DNA of 64,000 nucleotides from positions 135,346,001 to 135,410,000 of the forward strand of contig OZ024744.1 of the NCBI GenBank assembly GCA_964016885.1, written 5' to 3'. The notes below the pieces were generated by a model. That model saw only the letters and a list, made by a program, of their open reading frames with translations. It was not told the DNA's origin and searched no databases. Position numbers and translations under genes: made by a program. Shown here in pieces: positions 26,982 to 38,706 of this stretch; position 1 is the first letter of the stretch; every line of letters begins with the position of its first letter. Origin of the DNA: Eledone cirrhosa. Taxonomy: Eukaryota.

Positions 26982-29900
26982 ATGGCCAATATAAGAGTTG
27001 GATGTGTGAATGCACGCGGCCTGGGGATGTCCTGGAAACAGAGCAAACTCTTAAATGACCTCAGGTCGCACAGAGTGGATGTAATGGTTATTTGCGAGTC
27101 CAGGATCAGCAAGGAGCGCCAACTGGCCCCCATCTTCGACGACTTTGAGATCTACGCATCTCTCTGTCAGCCGAGGGGTGGGGGTGGGGTTGTCGTTCTG
27201 CTGCGAAAATACCTGGGTCTTGCCACACAGAAGGTACACCTGGACCCGGAGGGTCGACTGGTGGTTTTAGACGTCGGCAGTGGTGAAGGTGGAGCTTTCA
27301 GGCTGGTGGCAGCGTATGCCCCATCGGGGACACCGCGACCGGACTTCTTCCGACGCCTGGAGAATTTCCTGGGAACGTCTCGCTCCTTGCTTTTAGTGGG
27401 GGACTGGAATGGTATCCTGGATGCACGTTGGGACTATGTAGGGGCATGTCCCGATAGAGGGGGGTGTAACAGCCTCAAACGATTAATCGGCCGATTTGAT
27501 CTGGCCGATAGATATCGACTGGATTTTCCGACTGTGCCACGGTGGACGTGGAGTAATCGCAGTGGAACATCCAGGTCGTACCTAGATAGGTTCCTAGTTA
27601 GAAATAAGGATAGGGACATATTAAGCTGTCCACGAATGTTCATGGTTGACTATTCGGATCACAAGTTGTTGACCGGAGTGGTCAACCTTGATAGAACCCA
27701 TAAACAGGGACCCGGTTACTGGAAGCTAAACTTGTCTTTACCGACAAACAAAGCTTACAGTAAGCGGATTAGCACACTAGTTAAGCAGCGTTTGACGGGG
27801 GCAATTGTCAACAACAGGTGGTGGGGCTCTCTCAAGAGAGAAATTAGAATAGAATCGATAGGTTTTAGTCGGGAATTAGCATCAGATAGGAATAGAACTG
27901 AAAGGGAATTAATAGATAAAGTAGAAGAGGCGATTAGGAGTGGCAACGTGGCCGGCGTGCTGGCGTCAAGAACGGCCCTAGACCAGTTCTTTGATGCGAA
28001 GAACGAGGGCTGCGTTGTCAGGAGTAAAATACGTGCTCTGGGTAACGAGGGAGCCAAAGCTGTTAGCTGGGCCCGAGTGACAGAGGCAAAAAGTGGAAAC
28101 AAGTCCACGATTCGGTCTTTGAAGGACCAGGATGGACGCGTGATCCTTGAACCTGAGCGGATGAGCGCGGCCTTTCAACGGCGCTTTGCACGACTGTTCG
28201 GGAGGGGCGGCGGGCCGGGTGGGGCCATGGATTTCGGTCCATACCTCGACGGTCTGGCGCGGCTCTCGGACGGGGAGGCGAAGTCCTGCGAGAGGCCGAT
28301 TTCAGCCGCTGAAACAGGGGAAGCGCTGAGCCAATGCGGTAAACGCAAATCTCCGGGTCTCGATGGTCTACCATACGAACTTTATGTAGCGATGCCGGGC
28401 TTGTTCTCCGGTCTGCTCGAGGCGGTCTACTGCAACTGGCAACAGAACGGGAGAATTCCCAGTTCTGTGACCAAGGGCGTAGTCACGCTGGTGAGGAAGG
28501 ACGAGAACAAGGGGGATGACATAGATAACTTCAGGCCCATAACGCTGCTAAACACAGAGTTAAAGATTTTGGCCAAGGTGTTAGCGAAGAGGTTGGCGCT
28601 TGTCGTCGGGAACCTGGTGGGAGAAGCGCAGACATGCGCAATCCCGTCCAGGTCCATACACGACAACCTCCACCTCATGCGATACATCGTAGAGAGGGTA
28701 GGGAACGAACCCGGCTTTGGTGGGGCCCTGATCAACTTGGATCAATCTAAAGCGTTCGATAGGGTTGACCATCGGTACCTGGATGCGGTGCTCGCGGCGG
28801 TAGGCTTCGGACCCGTTTTCAGGGGCTGGATTGCTGCAATGGACCTCTCGGAGCCGTTCCAAATCACGCGATCCATTCGACAGGGATGCCCTCTCTCCTC
28901 CCTCCTGTATGTGCTGGCTCTCGAGCCACTACTGAGGAAGCTGGAGCTGTTGCAGGGCATCCCCTTGGAACCGGGATTGCGGAAAGCGGTGTCGGCCTAC
29001 GCCGATGACGTGACAGTAATGGTGTCGTGCGCCTCGGAAATTGGGCAGATCGGCACCTTACTGGAGGAATATGAAAGGTTCACAGGAGCCAAGCTGAACC
29101 GGGACAAGTCCGTCGGTTTGCAACTCGGGACGTGGAGGGGCAAAACGATGCCCTCCGACGGCATCGTCGGACGCTGGACGGAGGGACCGGTGAAGCTGCT
29201 CGGGGTCTGGTTCGGACCGGACCTCCAGGTGGAGAAAAACTGGGACGAGGTAACGGGCAAGGTGTTTGCACTCGCCCAGAAGTGGGCCGAGTGCAAACTA
29301 TCCCTGAAAGGTCGAGCGGAGGTGGCGAACGCTTATATAGCGTCCGTCATCTACTACCGCTTGACCGTCGTGCCTTGCCCAGAGAAAACACTCGCTAAAA
29401 TGGAGCGCGCGCTCTTCCGATTTCTTTGGAAGAAGCGGGCTCCTTTGGTGAGAAGATCCATCTGCTGTCAACACCCTTCGAACGGAGGGCTGGGGATGCC
29501 GTGGCTGACGATGCGTAGACACGCATTAAGGCTACGGCACCTCCAGGTATTCCTCACCGGTCAGCCAGTGTGGGCCCTGTTTGTGAGGCGAGCCTTTCCG
29601 AGACTCGTCTCATTCACCGAGCTGCAATTCTGGGTCAACAAAGACCGGGAAAAGTGGGCGACTGGCACATTGAATGTGCCCAGGCGCTCACGGCCCTCTG
29701 GCAAGCGGATCCGGCAATCAGTGGAGACTCAACCTCACCATTCTATAGAGGGTTGGTGCGCAGTAAGTGCGACGACGCTCTCGGAGAGGCTCTGGGCATG
29801 CAGGAAGACGAGCTGGCCAGTCTGTTCGGTAGGACGTTTGGCCCGGGACCGATGGACAACTTCCAAAAGTCCCTGGCTTGGCAATGTTACCGAGGAGCTC

Positions 29901-30378
29901 TACCCGTTCGGGACAAGCTCTACAGACACGGGCGCCCGGGTAGGGACCCCTCGAAGAAGATCTGTCCAAGATGCGTGCGTGACGAGGAAACCGTCGCACA
30001 CGAATTCGTACACTGCCCGGGCGTTGCTGACCTGTGGGGCTATGTAGAACGACTACTGTCGCGGGTGGGACCAATCCGGTTGACCACCGAGAACATTGTC
30101 ACAATCAAACCGCCTCCCCCTTTCAAAAACGAAGGAGAGGCGGTTTTCCTCTGTGTGATAGCCATGGCGAAAGAAGTTGTATGGTGGACAAGGTTGAAAG
30201 GGCTGAGGTCAGACACCTATCTCTCCGGCCAACAACTGGTCTTTTTTTTCAAGTACCACTTTAGAAGAAGGATCAGAATGGAGAGAGAGGTGCTCTACCC
30301 CAGCAAGTTTTATGAAAGATGGTGAAAGTAGCGAGAATGGCCCGAGTGAATGGGCCTTCTCTCTATATCAGCCTGTAG
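26982..30378 (+). pseudogene. LINE ORF2 (APE endonuclease, reverse transcriptase, zf-RVT-like finger), disrupted
   Basis: NARG, GDWN, YLDRF and SDH APE motifs; KSPGLDG, RPITLLN, QGCPLS and YADD RT motifs; frameshift near 29640 into the 29570-30325 frame (CPRC..HEFVHC); second shift near 30322 (VKVARMARVNGPSLYISL*); apparent short deletion after GWIAAM. Confidence 0.92.
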
Positions 30379-30619
30379 GTGAGAGAGGAGAAGAATGAGA
30401 AGAGGAAGGAAGCACCCGCTCTTTGTGCTCCTGAAGAGGAGGGTTGCACATTTTTTCGGGGGTGTGTGCGACCCATGTCAACGCCCCTCCCTATTGAGGA
30501 CATCGATTGTTAAATTTAATTTGTTATATGTTTTTACACGTCTTTTTAAATGTATGTAAACTCCCCCCTTTGTATTTGTCCCAATCTTTGATGCCCTGGT
30601 GGCAAATAAATAGAAATAT

Positions 30620-31868
30620 ATATCACAGTACATACCTCACTCTCTCTCACTAAACAAACCAACTCTCTCCCCCTCTTTATATCCCACTACATACCGCACT
30701 CTCTCACAATTCCTCCTCTCTCACTAAACAAACACACTCTATCCCCCTTTCTATATCCCACTACATACCTCACTCTCTCTAAATTTCTCATATCACAGTA
30801 ATCCATCAAACTCTCTCCCCCTCTCTATATCCCACTACATACCTCACTCTCTCTCTCAATTCCCCCTCTGTCATTAAACCAAAAAACTCTCTCCCCCTCT
30901 CTATATCCCACTACATACCTCACTCTCTCGTAATTTCCCCTCTCTCACTAATCCAACAAACTCTCTCCCCCTCTCTATATCCCTCACTCTCTCTCAATTC
31001 CCCCTTTCTCGCTAAACCAACAAACTCTCTCCCCCTCTCTATATCCCACTACATACCTCACTCTCTCACAATTCACCCTCTCTCACTAAACCATCAAACT
31101 CTCTCCTTCTCTCTATATACCGCTACATACCTCACTCTCTCTCAATTCCCCCCACTCACTAAACAAACAAACTCTCTCCCCCTCTTTATATCCCACTACA
31201 TACCGCAGTCTCTCACAATTCCCCCGCTCTCACTAAACCAACAAACTCTCTCCCCCTCTCTATATCCCACTACATACCTCATTCTCTCTCAATTCCCCAT
31301 CTCTCACTAAACCAACAAACTCTCTCCTCCGCTCTATATCCCACTACATACCTCACTCTCACTAAACCAACAAAGTCTATCCGCCTCTCTATATCCCACT
31401 ACATACCTCACTCTCTCTCTCTCACAATTCCCCCTCTCTCACTAAACCAACAAACTCTCTCCATCCCACTACATACCTCACTCTTTCAATTCCCCCTCTC
31501 TCACTAAACCAACAAACTCTTTCCCCCTTTGTATATCCCACTACATACCTCACTCTCTCAATTCCCCCTCTCTCACTAAACCAAAAAACTCTCTCTCCCT
31601 CTCTATATCCCACTACATACCTCACTCTCTCTCAATTCCTCCTTTCTCACTAAACCAACAAACTCTCACGCCCTCTATATATCCCTCACTCTTTCTCAAT
31701 TCCCCCTCTCTCACTATACCAACAAACTCTCTCCCCCTCTCCATATCCCACTACATACCTCACTCTATCACTAAACCATCAAACTCTCTCCCCTTCTCTA
31801 TATACCACTACATACCTCACTCTCTCTCAATTCCCCCTCTCTCACTAAACAAACAAACTCTCTCCCCA
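30620..31868. repeat. 74 bp pyrimidine-rich minisatellite, about 17 units
   Basis: CCCACTACATACC at 31192, 31266 and 31340 (74 bp spacing); some shortened units. Confidence 0.95.
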
Positions 31869-32497
31869 AGCTGTATTACACGCACCCTCCCTATTTTTTG
31901 TTTTATGTTATCTCATGTTCTCAATATTAGGGTATGAATATTGAGTTTTGTCATATGTTAATCACCACCATGACTGAATCTTAACCATCTTCTATGTCAG
32001 GGTATGTCATGCATCATCCTATTTTACTGTAAAACTTAACTCTGCACCTCTGAAATATGTATAAAATATAATTGATCACAAGAATATCTATTTTGTTAAT
32101 ATTTTGAATTAATATTAATAACTCTGGAAAACTTTAGTGGTCCCCAACCATTTCTGCTACATGCCCCTCCTCAATCGAAAATATGTTTATGGCCCCTTTA
32201 TTATTAAAACAATCCGAGCCTTGTAAAAGTGTTATTACTGTAAAATAAAGTAGAAACCCTTTATTTAAACAAAGCTGCGATGCAGCGATGATCAAAACAA
32301 ACCCCCAAATGTAGAACGACAGATGTTATTACATTGAGCTATTTATCTTACTGGTAATAAGGTAGTAATAAATTACTGTCTTTCACTGTTTAGGGTTTTA
32401 AATATATATAACTATAAAAGGTTTTAGTATATACATAACCATAAATAGTATCCTTAATACTATTAACTGCTCCATACTGTTGAGCTGAATTACCAGT

Positions 32498-34952
32498 ATG
32501 CTGATCAAAGACCAACTGCCTATGTCAACCAAGAACATACCAATACCATCCAAGAATACATATGAGAAATTATTGATCGACAGTGTAAATTCCTTTATCA
32601 ATAGAGTGAGATGGAGGACATTCCATTATGATAAAAACAAATCTAACAAGGTTAATAATACTAACAAATTTGACTCCTTCGGCTTTAAAACCTTTAGAAG
32701 TCCCCCCCCCCCTCATAACACACTACTAAACTCCTTTGAAAATGACCTAATAAAACTAGTTAAGAACATTAAATACAAAAAGCACCGTAATAAAAACAAC
32801 ACCTTCTTAAACAAACTTAACACCTCTATTAATGAATTCAAAACTATTAATAGAATTATTGTACATGCGGACAAAACTAATAACATATACAGCCTAGATT
32901 ATAATACTTATAGAAAGTTTATATATAATGAACTACATAAAAGCTACAAGAAAACTACTATGAAAAACTTAGAAGATATTAATATGGAAGGCTATAATAT
33001 AGTGTCGAAACTAGGACTTCAGAGACATACACAACCATATACCCCAAACCCCCCTAGATTCTCTCTGAAGGACCATAAGGAGGTCTTCATTAGCAACCCC
33101 TCGATTAGACTTATCTGCCCTTCCAAGTCTGACATTGGCATTATCAGTAAGAACATTTTAGATAAAATCATCCCACAGATTAAACACAAGATATACCTTA
33201 AACAATGGGGAAATACGGGTGAAGTTATTTAATGGTTCAAAGATATCAAGGATAACAAGGATAAAAAATGTATTCAATTTGATATCAATTCATACTACAC
33301 CTCTATTTCCCCTATCCTATTAAATAAACACTAATCATGGCCATGGACAATAGTGACCTGACTAGACCCCAGATTGATGTCATACTTGCGGCCCGTAAAA
33401 CCGTAATCACCTTTGAAGACCAATTATGGACCCGCAAAGATACGCAAAACAACTTCGACATAACCATGGGATCTAGTGACTCGGCGCAGGTCACTGATTT
33501 GGTCGGCCTATATTTACTTAACGAAATCCATAAGGACCTTCCATACCTCAACGGTGGTTTGTACCGCTATGATGCACTTCTACTTATAGACTATAAAAAA
33601 TTCAATATAGAAAGAACTAGAAAACTATTGCACAAGACATTCAAAAACTATAACCTTAGTATCACCATGGACAAAAACACTAAAAACGTTAAATTCCTCG
33701 ACGCCACCCTCTGCCTAGACTCAAAGATATATACACCTTTCCATAAACCTAACGAAAAACTCATTTACGTAGATACCAAGTCTAACCACCCTAGATCTAT
33801 ATTAAACTCTATCTCTAAGGGAGTATCCAATAGAATCTCTAATCTATCCTATGACGTAAACATATTTAGCAAAAACTCGCAATATTATAATCAGGCATTA
33901 GCTAGATCAGGCCATAATATAGAGATCGAGTTCCTACCTACAAAAACACATAGCTACAACATTATTTCGCACAATATGTCCATGAGTAAATTTAGTAATA
34001 AGAATAGCAACCACACATACACGGAGGATGCCAACAAAAGTAACCCACACCACAGAAATTACCATAAAACCATAAAAGGAAACAACTCACCAGACATAAA
34101 AAACAAAAATAGAAGAAGAAATAATACATTTTTCAACCCTCCTTTCAATCTAAACGTCTCTACCAACCTACCTAGGGCTTTCTTCTCACTCCTAGATAAA
34201 CACTTCCCATATGGCCACAAGTACCATAGCCTTTTAAACAAAAACTATTAAAATCTCCTACTCTACTACGCCTAACATAGCATACCACATAGCTAGTAGC
34301 AATAAAAGAAAAATTAATTCTTACTTCCAACAAACTAAATCACAACAGGCGATAAACCTTCAAAATAACATTATATCAAATAACCCTGATAACAATAGTA
34401 ATAATAGTAATAGGACTAGTGTAAGCAATAATGCTGGGAACGACAACCCCCATAACCATAATCCTATAGCTACCATCCAGACTTCTACACAACATAATAA
34501 CCGGCAGACTAACACCCAGAATAATTGTAACTGTAGATCAAATAGAACCTGCCCTTTAGATAAAAAATGCCTAATCAAGGATATCATATACTCATGCACC
34601 GTCACAACTAGCAACTCTTCTGAAACCTATATAGGCTCTACTTCAAACTGCTTCAAAACCAGATACAATTTGCACCTCCACTCTTTCAAAAAACACAGTC
34701 TAGCCAACTCCACTTCACTATCTAGCTACATACACTATCTAAAAACTAAAATAAATCTTATACACCTAAATGGGAAGTGATAGGTAACGCGACATCGTAC
34801 AAACCACCTAATAAATTTTGTAACCTCTGTCTACTAGAGACCCATACTATTATCTTCTCAAACCATAACCTCCTTAATAAAAAATCAGAAGTGTTCGCGT
34901 CTTGCCAGCACCGCTTCCGACACTCCTCCCAAAACTTTAAACCCAATATATA
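32498..34952 (+). pseudogene. PLE RT + GIY-YIG endonuclease ORF, disrupted
   Basis: STKNIPIP N-terminus, IQFDINSYY, FDITMGSSDSA, GLYRYD (catalytic RDD changed to RYD at 33565-33573), CNCRSNRTCPL linker, IIY..YIGST, CNLCLLE; stop at about 33230 and several frameshifts. Confidence 0.9.
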
Positions 34953-36383
34953 ACAATGTCAGACTTGAACCCGTCACCAACTCTAGCAACAAACCTCAAG
35001 GGCACACCTTACACCACATCTCCACACTCAATGATCCACCTTAACACAAATAGTGACATCCTTCTAGAACCTTTTACCCTAGATATATCCTTATGTTCAT
35101 CTACTTTTGGTATAATTGCCTTCAATTACTTAGACTACATTACACCACTATATAATTAATGTAAACTTTAAACACTGAATTGGTTATGCTAATGTTGTTC
35201 TGTGTATGGAGTGCCATCATTGGATAAATGGAAGATTAATTAATTAATTTATTTATTTATTAATATAAGAGAGCTATATAACCTATATGCTGAGTACAAT
35301 GAATTATGTACAAGTGATATATGAGTTATACATACATGTATGACTTGATGGTCGGATTAGTGACATTGTAAATGAGAATTGATCTCTGGTCTACCCTAGT
35401 GATATTTAACTTTGCCATGAAATCAGACATGCACTGACCCAGAGCTTACCAGGAGTTATATATAGAAGTGATTCTAATAAAACCCTACCAGGTTCTGCGG
35501 GTAGACTACACTTACAAAGATCATTGATCTGGGGATCTGACTCTTCATGTGGAATATTCAGTTGTGGCACTCTATAGAGGGTAATCATCCTAATATGAAC
35601 ACCTTTAGTACTTCTTGACAGACTAGACTGTAATTTAAAGATAGGATACTTAAATTTAGAAACTGTTTATAACCTTATATGATAGGGACTCATTTGGGAT
35701 AATAAATTTGGTTATAGAAATCAGCTAGTTACCTCCCCTCACGCATTAACTTCCCTTAATCACACACACACTTCCGGAAAATAATACGATGTTAATTCTC
35801 GCAACAAAAACAACCTGCTCTATAATATTGGATTAAAGAACAACAAGCTGTAATATTCTAACCTAATTCATCAAGCATCCAATATTGAATCATCGTTGAT
35901 TATGTGAAGAACATATAATCTATATATTACATTTCCTTGATTGTGAAAATGGTGGTGTATACGAAAACCATAACACTGTTTTGCTTCTAATTTTTAATAT
36001 TTCTCTGCACACAAGCTTCTATATCATACTTTACCAATACAACCCCCATAATACTCTTGATTGCCCGCTTAAAGTGCTTGTATTCCATATAACACCTTGC
36101 CGCACTATAATCTTATATAAATAAGTGCATGCCCCACGTGTAACTATTGCCTACACTAACTACTTCTAACTATCCTCTTGTATTATCTTCATAAACTGCC
36201 AATGTTATATTTTAACTTTAACTTTGTTTTAATTTTCTTTTAATATGACTTTAAACTTTGAATGTAAATTGCCATGCTAAATATTATAATTGATGTCAAC
36301 CCACTGTGCATCAATATATACATATGTTTCTGTATGTCTCTTGTGTTGAAAAGGAGGTCATGTATGTAAACAATCATTGAAAA

Positions 36384-36435
36384 ATTGCTCCGAAGACTCC
36401 AAACCTCGGTTTGGAAGAAACAATTGTAAGCTAAT
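36384..36435 (+). ncRNA. Minimal type I hammerhead ribozyme motif (PLE family 1), U4C core variant
   Basis: gct-CCGAAGA-c-tccaaac(ctcg)gtttgga-a-GAAA-CAATTG (palindrome)-TA-agc; AATAAA follows. Confidence 0.7.
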
Positions 36436-36642
36436 AAATGGTTTGAACAGAACTTTGATTCCTGTAATTTCTATATAACTGCTCTGTAGAACAACTGATG
36501 TTATTACATTGAGCTATTTATCTCACTGGTAATAAGGTAGTAATAAATTACTGTCTTTCACTGTTTAGGGTTTAAAATATATATAAAGGTTTTAGTATAT
36601 ACATAACCATAAATAGTATCCTTAATACTATATATATATATT

Positions 36643-36774
36643 TGGCAGTATCGGTAGAGGGTTGGACGCCATGCTTTCTAGCATAGTTACGTCCCTTTAC
36701 AGTCTGAGTTCAAATCCCGCCGAGGTTAACTTTGCCTTTCATCCTTGTGGGGTCGATAAAATAAAGTACCAGTC
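36643..36774 (+). mobile_element. tRNA-derived SINE, 3'-truncated
   Basis: A-box-like TGGCAGTATCGG and B-box GAGTTCAAATCCC; related copies at 42434 and 52541. Confidence 0.8.
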
Positions 36775-36926
36775 ATATATATATATATATATATATATAT
36801 GTAGGAGCTGAGTTTTATTGTAGTACAATAGAGCAATGCAGATATCGGATAAGTAGCACTCTACAGTTTGTAGGACTGGAGTATAAATAATATATAAGAT
36901 CAAAAGATGGTTAAAAGAGTTCCATG

Positions 36927-36997
36927 TATTTTATTATGCGCATTTCAAAAACAAATATCATCATGCAATAACATTTGCGTTTTCGTCAGATAAAATA
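36927..36997 (-). ncRNA. Minimal hammerhead ribozyme motif (PLE family 2, copy A)
   Basis: Minus strand reads tattttat-CTGACGA-stem II-GAAA-TGCGCA-TA-ataaaata. Confidence 0.85.
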
Positions 36998-38706
36998 GGG
37001 AGACATGATATGAAGGTTAAAACACACTTGTGAATAGTGCAGTTTTAAATCAACATATGAAAAGTAGTTTTAGATTGATGTGTGATATTTGGGTGAAAAA
37101 ATTGAGGGGGTGGGGGTGGAAAGGATGAAAAAGAAGAGGAGATAGGAGGAGAGATGGGTGATAGAGAGAGAGAGATAGCTTTTATAACTGAGAAAAATAT
37201 TGTTTTACATAGAGAGGTTGAAAAACCGTTGGAAGATAATATATAAATTAAAAGAATTTGAAAATTAACGAAGAGAAAAATGTTAGAATAATGTTAAATT
37301 AAGGTTTGTATATTTAAGGGTTTAATAATATGTGCGATGGAAAGAAATTGTTGATATGTATTATTAAAAAATATAAAAATATAGCAATAGTAATGTAATT
37401 AAGGATATATTGTGAAAGAAGTAGAAGAGTGGATGAATAAGTGTAATATGTATAAGTTAGATGAGCATGAAAGGGAGAAAAAAATAATGAATTGAGGATC
37501 AATAATCTAACGTCAAAAAAATGTTTATGTTTACGAAGGATTTTTTCAAGGTGATATGAAGTAAGAATATATTGTGCTGAGTAATAATGATAATTGAGAA
37601 GTATCTAGGAAGAAAAGGTACAGATTAGAGGTTAGAAATTAAAATTAGAAATTAAATTAGTGCCTTAAATAAATGCTTCCCTCCCTCACATATCTATAGT
37701 AAAATATTTAACAAACACACTATAAAATTTTCCTATTCGACCTCCTCCAACATCTCCAACATTATCTCTAAACACAACAATAAAATACTAAATACTAAAT
37801 CTCTTCCTTCCAACACTGAATATCATAATAATAGTAATAGTACTCCCGACGTCATTGTTAACTCTAGGCTAATTTCTGCAAACCCAAATTCGTTAAATGT
37901 TCTTAATCCCATTCTAAATCAAGAAACTATTATTCCTATCGTAAATAACTTCTCCAATCCAATTCCTTCTATAAATAACACTAGGTCACTTGTTAATAAC
38001 TCTGTTAATTTCTCTAATCGCAATTGCAATTGCCCTGCTAAAAATAAATGTCCTCTCAACAACCATTGTCTTGAAAAAAACTTAATCTACGAATGTAAAG
38101 TTATAACTGACACCAATTCCTTTACCTATTTTGGCTCCACTTCCACCTCCTTTAAAGCTCGTCTTTATAATCATCATTCGTCTTTTAAATACCAACTTAA
38201 AAGAACCAACACGGCACTCTCAGAACTCATATAGTCCTTGAAAGACAAAAATATTAACTATAACATCTCTTGGAAGAAGATTTGTTCTGCTTCTCCATAC
38301 TTGAATAGTTCTCTATCCAAGACATGCAATCTCTGTTTATGTGAAAAATTTACCATTATCTCTAATTTAGATTCTATAATAAATAGACGCACTGACTTGT
38401 TTTCTCTCTGCTTGTATAAATTCCACAGAACATTATAGTATACAGCTAATCAATTTAAAATCCTTTTCTCAAAGGCACATATATATTTCTTTAAAAATAT
38501 ATCCATCTTTCTACCTTATTTCAATGTTATTTATTATTCATTATATAATACTAGTTACTCATTCTATATCACTCCTATTTATCACTTCCCTTTCTTTCTT
38601 TTTTTCCTTTTTTCTTTTTCTTTTAATTTCTAACCTCTAATCTGTACCTTTTCTTCCTAGATACTTCTCAATTATCATTATTACTCAGCACAATATATTC
38701 TTACTT

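Larger units (their letters stand above)
25717..30620 (+). mobile_element. L1-Tx1-type non-LTR retrotransposon, 5'-truncated and frameshifted
   Basis: ORF1 remnant with CCHC knuckle, ORF2 with APE endonuclease, RT and C-terminal CCHC-type finger, 3' UTR with AATAAA at about 30605. Confidence 0.88.
32310..36631 (+). mobile_element. Penelope-like element family 1 (Hydra-clade-like), near full length, with pseudo-LTR direct repeat
   Basis: About 150 bp direct repeats at 32310-32463 and 36486-36631; RT plus C-terminal GIY-YIG; 3' end runs into (TA)n; hammerhead motif near the 3' repeat. Confidence 0.9.

Noticed and set aside
27051-30074. Many antisense ORFs over LINE ORF2
   Set aside because: Shadow ORFs of a GC-rich coding strand with no recognisable motifs.
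36643-36725. tRNA gene suggested by A and B boxes
   Set aside because: No cloverleaf can be drawn, and the sequence continues into a repeated SINE body.
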